DNA of 64,000 nt from Planctomycetota bacterium. Lineage in GTDB: Bacteria; Planctomycetota; PLA2; JAEUHO01. The notes beneath the pieces are model-generated. The model had not been told where the DNA came from. It searched no databases and worked only from the letters and a program-made list of their open reading frames with translations. Position 1 is the stretch's first letter; each line of letters begins with the position of its first letter. The stretch lies in NCBI GenBank assembly GCA_965222115.1, contig CBDCTJ010000007.1, forward strand, positions 1,152,001 to 1,216,000, read 5' to 3'. This document shows, one piece after another, positions 47,783 through 56,639 of the stretch. The translations under genes were made by a program, and so were the position numbers.

Positions 47783-48598
47783 GTGAACGACCTTTCCACG
47801 CTCCCATTCTATATTGTCCACGCGTTTACCCACACGCGACACGCCGGGAATCCCGCGGCGGTCTGTTTGAATGAAGCATGGCTACCCGACGCCGTCATGC
47901 TTCGCATCGCCAAGGAGAACGGGTTTTCCGAAACCGCCTTCGCGATTCCTGGTGACGAAGACGGAGGGCGATGGGCGCTGCGTTGGTTCACGCCCAAAGT
48001 TGAAATGCCACTCTGCGGACACGCCACGTTGGCCACGGCATTCGTGCTCTTTCACGATGTCGAGACTGAACGCGAAGCGCTGGTGTTCGATACGGCCAGC
48101 GGGGAACTCCATGCGCGTATGGACGACGATCGAGTTGTCATCGACTTTCCTTCACGGATAGCACATTCGCTTCCTGAGCCTTCGTGGGTTCACGATTTCG
48201 CACCCAACGCTTCTCCATCCGACGTTCTTGAATGCGACGACGTAACAATGCTCGTGCTTTCGAGTGAACGCGACGTGCTAGCGTTCGCTCCTCGCTTCGA
48301 CGCGATCCCTCGCAATCAACATGCCGTTATTGTGACGGCCGAGGGTGAAGGCGATGTGGATTTCGTGTCGCGCTACTTTGCGCCGCATGTGGGCGTGCCC
48401 GAAGATCCCGTAACCGGCTCGGCGCACTGCGTGTTGACGCCCTACTGGGCAAAGCGCCTCGGCAAAGACACGTTGCGTGCACAACAACTGTCCGAGCGCG
48501 GCGGCGAAATCCGATGCACGTTGGCGGGCGATCGCGTGCATCTCGCTGGTCACGCCGTGTTGTATGTACGCGGTGAGCTGTCTACGTCAACGACGTAA
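47783..48598 (+). CDS. PhzF family isomerase
   Basis: AFT...GNPAAV, IAKENGFSETAF, LRWFTP..E..LCGHATLA, SRYFAP..GVPEDPVTGSAHC, QLSERGG. Confidence 0.93.
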   Translation: MNDLSTLPFYIVHAFTHTRHAGNPAAVCLNEAWLPDAVMLRIAKENGFSETAFAIPGDEDGGRWALRWFTPKVEMPLCGHATLATAFVLFHDVETEREALVFDTASGELHARMDDDRVVIDFPSRIAHSLPEPSWVHDFAPNASPSDVLECDDVTMLVLSSERDVLAFAPRFDAIPRNQHAVIVTAEGEGDVDFVSRYFAPHVGVPEDPVTGSAHCVLTPYWAKRLGKDTLRAQQLSERGGEIRCTLAGDRVHLAGHAVLYVRGELSTSTT

Positions 48599-48601
48599 CG
48601 A

Positions 48602-51600
48602 TTATTCCTTTTTCGGCTGATCGTCGGAGCGGTGGAACTTCTTCTGAAGTCGTTCGAGCATGCGCTGCATGCGTTCTTCCTCAGTCAGTACGCTCTCGTC
48701 GATGATCTGCGCTTCCTTGTCCTCAGGTGGATCTTCGGCCTTCAAGCTGATGGTGCGCGGCGTGTTCTTGTCGAAGCGCGGCCCGCGTCGCTTATCGCCG
48801 CGACCATAGCCAGAACTGCGGTCACGATCGAACTTGCCACCGCGACGACCCGGCTTGCTGTCACGCCCCGGCCGTCCGCGGCCCCGCCCTCGATTTGCAT
48901 TGTCATCGCGTCGCGTCCCGCCGTCCCGCCGCGAGCCGCCGTCGCGACGCTCGCCACCGCGTCCGCCGCCACTGCGACCGGCAAACATTTGACGTTCGCC
49001 GGCACCGGCGCCCGCGCGCTCGCGTGGTGGACCTCCGCGACCCGATCTTCCCTGGGGTCCTCTTTGAGATCCTCGACGAGGTCTGCGATCGGTTGCGCCG
49101 CGCCCGCGTCCTGGAGCGCGTCCCGCCCCCGGCTTGAGTGACAGTGTGATCCGTTTGCGTCCGGGCTCCACATCCACGACGTAGGCGTCTACGACTGCGC
49201 CCACCGGTGCAACCGTGGCGGGGTCCACGCCGGGGCGTCCCATGTGGGCCACCGGTATCAATGCTTCGGTGCCCATGCCCACATCAACAAACACGCCAAA
49301 GGGAGCGGCACGCAAGACACGTCCGTTCATGCGCAGGCCGGGTTTGAGATCGGCGAGCGTCATACCTTCGGGTGGGGGAATCATGGCGCGGTGTTGGGGG
49401 CGCGGATCTTTCATGCCCTCACCGAGTTGGAACAACACGTACCGCGCCGTTGCCTTCTCGTCGTCGTTGCTTGAAAGCTCGTCGACGTTGACACGGCGTC
49501 GTGCCTGCGGATCGTTGAACAACGTCGCCACATCAACGCCAGCCTGCTTGGCTATGGCCTCCACCAAGTCAAACTGCGACGGATGCAGTTGCGTGCGGTC
49601 ACGCAAGTCTTCCGCCTGGGGTAAGTAGAGGAAACCGACGGCTTGTTCCGCAATGCCCGGGCCCACATCCGTTGCGGCCGCGATCGAGGCCTTCTTTTCA
49701 ATCGGCGAGCGCTCTCCGCGCCACGCAACGAAACCCTTGGCGGCCTTGCGCGTGAAGCCCGGCACGCAGGCCATTAGGTCTTCGGACGCTTTGAGTGGAT
49801 TCACACCCACATGCGCCACGCAGCTATCGGTAACTTCACGCATCGCGGCGCGCAAGCGACCTTGATGAACATCGTGCACGTGGGGGCCGAGACCGAGGGC
49901 CTTGGGTTCAATCGATACGAGTTCCGAAATCGGATCCTGAAAGCGGCGCGCAATGGACAACGCCCCGCGCGCTTCGGCCGGTACAACCGGTCGCTCCGGA
50001 CACTCGAGCGGGCCCGACGATTCAAGCGCGCGTGTCCCGCCATCCGGAACCTCGTTGACGTCAATGGTAGCCGCGTCTTCCGTGCCCTCCTTGGGTGTGG
50101 CCGCTTCGCGCGCGAGAGAAACCGCTTCCGCACGACCCCCGCTCTTGCCCACCGCGATGGCTTGAACGTTGTAGGTGGCGAGTACGCCTCGCAACTCTTC
50201 CACACATGCTTCGCGTCCTGCAGTGGCCTCGTGTGGCAACTGGCCCGAGCCACTCGGGAGTCCCTGCTCGTCAATTGCACACCAGCGGTGACCGTTGGTG
50301 ACATCCGGGCGAATGCCAAGCGTCGTGATGGGCCCTGCATAGGGACCAAGCAAGAGGTTCTTGAGGTTGCGCTCGAACGTTTCCATGGCGAGCGCGTCGG
50401 CACGTGCCTTGTGCATGCTGCGCATTTCGCTCTGCATGAGTGGCTTGAGAATGCGGCGATAACCGTCTTCCACGGCCGCCTTCAAGAAGCCTTCAAACGG
50501 GTGGCTGTCCTTGATGACGTGTTTGTAGACCAGCGTGAGCGCGTCATCCTCGTTGGGCTCAATGCTCGCAACAACGCCGCGTTCCTTCTCCGCGCGTCGC
50601 ACGGCGAGCAACTTCATGGGCGTTACTTTGTCGAGCGGCATATCCATGCCAATTAGGCTCTTATGGCGTGGCAGCACGCCGCCTTCACCCTTTTCGCCCT
50701 TGCCCTTCTTGTCACCGCTTTTCTTGTCGTTGCGCTTGGCGACTCTTAGTCGCGCCGTACGCCGAAAGAGGTCGCGAATCTTGGCGCGTAGCGCGGCATC
50801 GATGCTGCAGTTCTCGGCAATAATGTCCCGTGCACCACCGAGTGCTTCGTCGAGCGTTGCGGGGGCTTCGCCTTCTTTGACAAAGGGTTGGGCCAGCTCA
50901 CTGAGCGGCTTACTTTCCGTTGCTTGCAAAATGGCATCGGCGAGTGGCTGCAGTCCCTGACCGCGAGCAACCATGGCACGGCTGGCCATCACCGGTAAAT
51001 AGGGCGCCGCAAAGTCCTCCATGGCTGCAATTTCGCTGGCCTGGTTCAGACCCTTCTGAACCTCGTCCGTAAGCGCGCCGCGTCGCTTGAGCAATTCGCG
51101 AATGGCGATGCGCGCTTCCTCTTCGCGTAGGGCCGCGCGGTAGTTGCGCCGCAAGTCGCGCAGGCGGCGTTCGTCCATGCCTTTGGTGTCGGCTCGGCGA
51201 AAGCGTGCGACATAGTTGAGATGTTGGCCCTCAAGCATGAGAGTGAGTGCGGCCTTGCGTGCTTCTTCGCTACCGCCCTTGCCCCTGCACGCACGTTCAA
51301 ACGCGCGCTGCTTCGCCTCGTCTTTGAACTCGGCGGGAATCGGTGGTGGCTCAGGGGCGCGAATAGGTGGGGGACGCCTGCGCGGGCGCTTCTTCTTTGC
51401 CTTCGCTTTGGGCTTTTCGTCGGTCTCCTCGTTTGTGGCATCCTGCTTGGCGTCAGACGCACTGCTCGCGCTCGATTCTTCGCCTGAATCGGTTGCGTTG
51501 GATGCGTCGGTTGCGTTGGATGTGCCGGTTGCGCTGGATGTATCGGGAGCCGGTGCAGCGTCTTGTTGCGGCGCACCTTCTTGCTGGGGCGTGTCTTCCT

Positions 51601-51847
51601 GAGTTGCGTCTGGCGTCACCGTGTCCGTTTCGGTCGCCGATGCGGGCACGGATTCGGGAGTTGATGGCGCTGTGTCTTGAGGGGCACGTTCAGCCGGTTC
51701 GTTCGCGGCCACGGGTTCCGGGGTGCGCGTTGGCTCCGGCGACTCGGGTGCGTGTTCCCCTTTGGCACTGTTTTCGTTCGACGGCACGTGTTCATTTGAA
51801 GGCACGTGTTCATTCGGAGGCAAGTGGGGAGCGGGTTCATCACTCAT
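48602..51847 (-). CDS. tex: Tex-like protein (Tex_N, YqgF-like, HhH, S1) with long disordered termini
   Basis: YVARFRR..TKGMDE, GARDIIAE, FERNLKNLLL, ALSIARRFQDP.SELV.IEPKALGLG..HDV, VGVN, and an S1 domain (FGVFVDVG...RITLSLK). Confidence 0.85.
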   Translation of the reverse strand: MSDEPAPHLPPNEHVPSNEHVPSNENSAKGEHAPESPEPTRTPEPVAANEPAERAPQDTAPSTPESVPASATETDTVTPDATQEDTPQQEGAPQQDAAPAPDTSSATGTSNATDASNATDSGEESSASSASDAKQDATNEETDEKPKAKAKKKRPRRRPPPIRAPEPPPIPAEFKDEAKQRAFERACRGKGGSEEARKAALTLMLEGQHLNYVARFRRADTKGMDERRLRDLRRNYRAALREEEARIAIRELLKRRGALTDEVQKGLNQASEIAAMEDFAAPYLPVMASRAMVARGQGLQPLADAILQATESKPLSELAQPFVKEGEAPATLDEALGGARDIIAENCSIDAALRAKIRDLFRRTARLRVAKRNDKKSGDKKGKGEKGEGGVLPRHKSLIGMDMPLDKVTPMKLLAVRRAEKERGVVASIEPNEDDALTLVYKHVIKDSHPFEGFLKAAVEDGYRRILKPLMQSEMRSMHKARADALAMETFERNLKNLLLGPYAGPITTLGIRPDVTNGHRWCAIDEQGLPSGSGQLPHEATAGREACVEELRGVLATYNVQAIAVGKSGGRAEAVSLAREAATPKEGTEDAATIDVNEVPDGGTRALESSGPLECPERPVVPAEARGALSIARRFQDPISELVSIEPKALGLGPHVHDVHQGRLRAAMREVTDSCVAHVGVNPLKASEDLMACVPGFTRKAAKGFVAWRGERSPIEKKASIAAATDVGPGIAEQAVGFLYLPQAEDLRDRTQLHPSQFDLVEAIAKQAGVDVATLFNDPQARRRVNVDELSSNDDEKATARYVLFQLGEGMKDPRPQHRAMIPPPEGMTLADLKPGLRMNGRVLRAAPFGVFVDVGMGTEALIPVAHMGRPGVDPATVAPVGAVVDAYVVDVEPGRKRITLSLKPGAGRAPGRGRGATDRRPRRGSQRGPQGRSGRGGPPRERAGAGAGERQMFAGRSGGGRGGERRDGGSRRDGGTRRDDNANRGRGRGRPGRDSKPGRRGGKFDRDRSSGYGRGDKRRGPRFDKNTPRTISLKAEDPPEDKEAQIIDESVLTEEERMQRMLERLQKKFHRSDDQPKKE

Positions 51848-52008
51848 AGCGAGAAGGTCCGGGTATGGAAATGGGGCGCCAACGAATTGCCGCGGGCCAT
51901 ACGCGGCGCATGCGTCGGGGAATCGTTTCTTTCATGACTCAACTAGCGCGTTGCACTGACGTGATTGGACCACAGGAGGTGCTGGGGCTCAAGCGGTGAC
52001 GTCAAACT

Positions 52009-52839
52009 CTACGATGAACCCAAAAATGGTCTCAAAAACGCTTGACTTGCGGCCGCCGTTGCTGGTGCGGAACTGGAGTGACGCGACAGTTCCACTTCCA
52101 GAGGACCGGAATACCCCACCTCCGCAAGTGCATCAAACAGCGCGTCAAAGTCAATCGCCCCATGACCGAACATGAGGTGGTCGTGCACGCCCTCCATGTG
52201 GTCATTGAGATGCACAACATCGAGATCACTTGCGAATTGCCTCACCCAGGTATGGGGTTGGCCTTCCCGAGTCGCTAAACAATGTCCCACGTCCAATGTG
52301 AGGCGAAAGGCCGGATGATCGACGGCGTCTCGAATGGATGGCCAGTCCTCGATGCGTTCAATGGCCATGCCGGGTTCGGGTTCAAACGCCAGCACAACGC
52401 CCAAGTCCGTTGCATACGCACAGAGAGCACGAAGACGTGGCACCAAACGATCGATGGCGGCTTCCACGGTGAGTTGTTCAGGCGCGGATCCCGACCACAA
52501 GCTCACCGAAGGAGCATCGAGATTCGCGGCGAGTTCGATCAATCGCTCCAAGAACGCTACACGCTTTGCTGCGTGCATCTCCTCGTCCAGCAATGTGGGC
52601 CAGTGTTTTCGATTCGGGTCCAGAACGAACCGAGCGCCCGACTCAATGACTACGGACAATTCATGAGCATCGCATGCGCGCTTGAACTGTTCTATGTCGG
52701 CTGCTGTGGATTGAAATGGGTCCAGATGGTGAACGTCGGGTGTGAGCGCAATGCCATCGTAGCCGAGGTCGGCCACGATCTTGACCACGTCGTGCAATCG
52801 ATGAAACGCAAAGCCGTTGGTGTTGTAGAAGAGCTTCAT
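52009..52839 (-). CDS. Sugar phosphate isomerase/epimerase (xylose-isomerase-like TIM barrel)
   Basis: YNTNGF..H...LGYDG.ALT.D.HHLDP, FEPEPGM, LTLDVGH, HLND...VHDHL, VELSRH. Confidence 0.85.
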   Translation of the reverse strand: MKLFYNTNGFAFHRLHDVVKIVADLGYDGIALTPDVHHLDPFQSTAADIEQFKRACDAHELSVVIESGARFVLDPNRKHWPTLLDEEMHAAKRVAFLERLIELAANLDAPSVSLWSGSAPEQLTVEAAIDRLVPRLRALCAYATDLGVVLAFEPEPGMAIERIEDWPSIRDAVDHPAFRLTLDVGHCLATREGQPHTWVRQFASDLDVVHLNDHMEGVHDHLMFGHGAIDFDALFDALAEVGYSGPLEVELSRHSSSAPATAAASQAFLRPFLGSS

Positions 52840-52861
52840 CGACTGTCGAACATGTGCAGGA

Positions 52862-53566
52862 CTACTTCTTCATGCGCAATTGCTTCTTCGCTAGCCCGTC
52901 GATTTCTCCGGCTTTGGCGGCGGGGCGCTCTTCCCTTTGAAAGTAGTGATTGCACACCTGCTCTTGATCCCAATCTTCTTCTTCGTTATGGGGCAAATGT
53001 TGGATGACTTCATCGTTCCAAATGTCTCTAGCTTCGGCGCAGATTTCAATGGCTTCGCTCAGCCCATCTTGCCACGCCTCAATGTTGCCTTCTCGTTTGG
53101 CGGCCATCGCCGCGTCGTATACACCTTGTGCCTTTTCGGCCAGGACCTTGATGCGCGCGGCCACTTCCTTGACTGTGGCGCGCATGGCGGCATCCACTTC
53201 GGGGGGCGGCGCACGTTTCGGCGTATTGTCCACCGGCTCCTCTTTCGGTTTGCCGGAGTCTGCCGTTAACTCGGTTGGCGACGTCGCGTTTGGATTCGGG
53301 CCCTTCTTCTTGTTGCCCGACATGATCAGAAATATGCCGACGACGCCGGCCAGCAGCAGTGCCGCAACGATCGTGGCGGTTGCGCCACCACCTCCTCCAC
53401 TACGACGCGGCGGAGGACGCCTACCGCCCGACGAACGACCGCGACCACCACTTGAGCGACTCCGCCCGCCACCACCGGACCGACCACTACCAGAGCGACT
53501 GCCGCCGGATCGGCTACGAGAACCGGAACCGGCGCGAGCGCGCGAGCGCGAACGATGGCTGCTCAT
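52862..53566 (-). CDS. Hypothetical bitopic membrane protein with Ser/Arg/Gly-rich N-terminus
   Basis: GAGGAG RBS; MSSHRSRSRARAGSGSRSRSGG..., one TM, then a helical C-domain. Confidence 0.7.
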   Translation of the reverse strand: MSSHRSRSRARAGSGSRSRSGGSRSGSGRSGGGGRSRSSGGRGRSSGGRRPPPRRSGGGGGATATIVAALLLAGVVGIFLIMSGNKKKGPNPNATSPTELTADSGKPKEEPVDNTPKRAPPPEVDAAMRATVKEVAARIKVLAEKAQGVYDAAMAAKREGNIEAWQDGLSEAIEICAEARDIWNDEVIQHLPHNEEEDWDQEQVCNHYFQREERPAAKAGEIDGLAKKQLRMKK

Positions 53567-53712
53567 ACGAAACTCCTCGGGTCGCCTATCGATTCGCGAC
53601 GGAGCGGGTTGTAACACGCGACCGGGTTCGTGGCCCGGCATGCGCGCTCGTAACGTGTACAGGCCCGCTGGATGGGCTCGAATTCGACCGCCGTGCGCGG
53701 TACAAGGCGGCG

Positions 53713-55080
53713 ATGCGTACCGCTCGTGACTATGCCGCTGATGCTCTTCTGCGTGTTGAGCGCGGCCATGGCTGGGTACAGGATCATCTCGCAACGGCTC
53801 GCGTCCATGTGCGTGACCCGCGCGACCGCGGTCTCATGACCGAACTGGCCTACGGTGTGATGCGACGCAGAGGTACGCTCGATGCCATCATCGGCCGCGT
53901 AAGCAAACGGCGCGTGCGCGATCTTCATGCCGCCGTCAAGACCGCGCTTCGCGTGGGCGCTTATCAACTTGTGTTTCTCGATGCTGTGCCTGCGCACGCG
54001 GCACTGGATCACGCGGCGGGTTGGGCCAAGCATCACGCCGGTTCAAGACGTGCGGGGTATGTCAATGCATGCATGCGTGCGCTTGTGACGTATGCCCCCG
54101 AGCGAAGCGACAAGCTTCGAAGTCGTGAACCCGATCAACGAATTGTTGATGTTCGACGCGACATCCCCCGCGGCGATGGATCTATGATTCGCTTGGCGCG
54201 TAGAGCGTTTCCGTCAGAAGCGCAGGGCGTGGTGCCCAGTTTGTCGGCACGCTACTCGTATCCTGCGTGGTTGGTGTCGCGCTGGATCAAGTCCATGGGG
54301 CGGAAGCGTTGCGAGACGCATCTCGCCGCAGGCCTAACGACGCCGCCCTTGACCTTCCGTCAGCGAGGAGGCGTCGACGCGTTGTTGGCGCGCGCCAAGG
54401 CACTGGACATTGACTTGGCGCCGGGTTCGCTCGAAGGGGCGTGGCGTGTGACGGGTCGGGTGGGGCAAGCAATGACACTGGTTCAAGAGGGATTGGCGTC
54501 GGTACAGGATGAAACCAGTCAGCGAGCCGTGCCACTGCTGAATCTGCAAGGCGGTGAATCTGTGCTCGACCTCTGCGCCGCTCCGGGCGGCAAGACGCAG
54601 CACATATTCGATTGCTTGCGCAGCGGTTGCGTTACGGCAAGTGACGTGAGTGAAGACAAGGTGAAGGAACTCGTCGCGCTCTCACCGCCGTCAAGCGACA
54701 TTCAGTACAGCGCCGTGTGCATTCCTCCCAAAGGAGCGATTCCGTTTCCTCCTGCATCATTCGACGCCATTTTGGTAGACGCGCCGTGTTCCAACACGGG
54801 CGTGCTTCGTAGACGTGTCGAGGCACGTTGGCGACTTCGGCATGGCGACGTGGAATCGTTGGCGACTCAGCAATTGGATCTGCTATCTCGTGCGTGGCCG
54901 CTGTTGCGATCGGGTGGACGGTTGGTCTACAGCACCTGTTCGGTTGAATCGCAGGAGAACGAAGATGTGACGCAGCGTTTCGTCACGACGTGCAACGACG
55001 CCGTGCTAGGTAAGGGGTACAGCGCGGTCGCTAGTGAGCGCGCAGATGGCGGGTTTGGCGTTCCCGTCCAAAAGATGTAG
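53713..55080 (+). CDS. rsmB: 16S rRNA m5C967 methyltransferase RsmB/Sun (NusB-like + MTase domains)
   Basis: ELAYGVMRRRGTLD, LRVGAYQL, VQDETSQ, LDLCAAPGGKT, ILVDAPCSNTG, LVYSTCS..ENE. Confidence 0.9.
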   Translation: MRTARDYAADALLRVERGHGWVQDHLATARVHVRDPRDRGLMTELAYGVMRRRGTLDAIIGRVSKRRVRDLHAAVKTALRVGAYQLVFLDAVPAHAALDHAAGWAKHHAGSRRAGYVNACMRALVTYAPERSDKLRSREPDQRIVDVRRDIPRGDGSMIRLARRAFPSEAQGVVPSLSARYSYPAWLVSRWIKSMGRKRCETHLAAGLTTPPLTFRQRGGVDALLARAKALDIDLAPGSLEGAWRVTGRVGQAMTLVQEGLASVQDETSQRAVPLLNLQGGESVLDLCAAPGGKTQHIFDCLRSGCVTASDVSEDKVKELVALSPPSSDIQYSAVCIPPKGAIPFPPASFDAILVDAPCSNTGVLRRRVEARWRLRHGDVESLATQQLDLLSRAWPLLRSGGRLVYSTCSVESQENEDVTQRFVTTCNDAVLGKGYSAVASERADGGFGVPVQKM

Positions 55081-55091
55081 CGGGGAAGCTG

Positions 55092-56636
55092 CTACTTGAC
55101 CGGTGGTGTATTGATTAACTTGAACATGCCGTCGTTTTGTTCGGCAAGTCGTTTCATAAATGCCGACGCGGACTGCGCGTTTTCCATGCCGGCGAACGCG
55201 ACCGGTGGGTCGCCGACGACGAGCGCGATGCAGTGAATGCGGATCTTTCGGAACCGGTTGCGTCGCGCGATATCGAGCAGAATGAGCTCGGGATCGATCA
55301 CCGGCCCCATGCTCGGGTAGCCATCCGAGAGAAAGAAGATCGTGTCCACATTGGGATCGGCGAGCGCCGTGTGGAGCGCTTCGATGGTATTGGTTCCGCC
55401 ACCGGGCTTATGTACGCGGGCGAATCGTTTTGCCCGTGCACGTGATCCGGGGAGCGCCTTCTTCAGGCTCGGCTGCCATGCGTTTACGCGGTTACTAAAC
55501 GTCAGCAAATTGAATTGCGTGGACTTGCGAAGTTTGTCGATCACCTTAAGCAACTCGGCTTTGGCCATCACCAGGCGCTTGTTCCACGCCATGCTGTTGC
55601 TCACATCAAGCACAAAGACAATGCGGTCGCTCCGCAATCCAATGCCGTGGTAGGTCGATTCTTCGGTGGGCGTCTTGGGGTCACGTTTGATGTCGGACTT
55701 TGGGCGGCCCGCGCGAGCTGTTTGCCACGCCTTCCACAACTCCACGTCCATGCCAATGTTGGCGCCCGAAATGTTCTTGAGCGCGCGGTGGTACGCATCG
55801 GCCAACCGTAGATCTTCTTCTCGAGCTTCATCCATCAAGGTAATGAGTTTCGAAACGGCGCTCTCGTCCCGAAGTGCGCCCAACGCCAGCGCGGCCTGCT
55901 CGCGAACGCGGGGTGAACGGTCCTTTAGGGCGCGCTTGAGAGCCGACGACGAGCGCGGGTGGGCCAAGAGGCCAAGTGCATGTGCTGCCACCATGCGGAG
56001 TCCCGTGTCTTCATCGAGGAGAATCGCTTCGAGGAGTACGCGGGCGCGCCGACTGCCAAGCATGCCAAGCGCCTCGATAGCCGAGGCCCGCACCGGTCGT
56101 GTGGCAGTGCTCATGACGATTTGCATGAGTGGCTTCGCGGCTTCCTTATCCCCCAACTGAGCCAGCGCGCGGATCGCTTCCTCCTTAACGTACGGCGTGG
56201 CGTGACGAAGCACGTGGGAACGCAGGTGGTGACGAGTTTCGGGGCGCCTTGCGGCGCGAAACACCTTATGAAGTAAGCCAACCAGACTTGCATTGCGACT
56301 CTGCTCGGCGAAACGAATTGCGGCCATAAGATCGTTGGGCGAACCGTTACGAACCTTGGCAGCGAGAATCACTGCGGCAAGATGTACGTCGCGACGGCTG
56401 TATTGATCCAAGTAGCGTTGAAGGCTCTCGTTGGCACGCTTGGATTTGTGATCTGCAATCTCATTCAACAGTGTGCCAATCGCGCTGTAGTTGGCGATGT
56501 GTTGCGCGACGATCAATGTAGCGACCTTGCTCTCAAGCTCATCGATTGGGCGCAGCGTCTTGGCCTGGGCACCTGTAGCAAAGACGGTAGCTAGAAGCCC
56601 ACACACAACGAGGGTTCGAATGCATCGCATGGGCAC
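55092..56636 (-). CDS. Secreted HEAT-repeat + VWA domain protein
   Basis: Signal peptide (AQA), HEAT units (VRASAIEALG, VREQAALALG), and MIDAS DVSNSM...GGTN...FLSDG. Confidence 0.85.
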   Translation of the reverse strand: MPMRCIRTLVVCGLLATVFATGAQAKTLRPIDELESKVATLIVAQHIANYSAIGTLLNEIADHKSKRANESLQRYLDQYSRRDVHLAAVILAAKVRNGSPNDLMAAIRFAEQSRNASLVGLLHKVFRAARRPETRHHLRSHVLRHATPYVKEEAIRALAQLGDKEAAKPLMQIVMSTATRPVRASAIEALGMLGSRRARVLLEAILLDEDTGLRMVAAHALGLLAHPRSSSALKRALKDRSPRVREQAALALGALRDESAVSKLITLMDEAREEDLRLADAYHRALKNISGANIGMDVELWKAWQTARAGRPKSDIKRDPKTPTEESTYHGIGLRSDRIVFVLDVSNSMAWNKRLVMAKAELLKVIDKLRKSTQFNLLTFSNRVNAWQPSLKKALPGSRARAKRFARVHKPGGGTNTIEALHTALADPNVDTIFFLSDGYPSMGPVIDPELILLDIARRNRFRKIRIHCIALVVGDPPVAFAGMENAQSASAFMKRLAEQNDGMFKLINTPPVK

Positions 56637-56639
56637 GGC

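Noticed and set aside
47783-48598. Phenazine biosynthesis
   Set aside because: Lone PhzF-family gene with no other phz genes.
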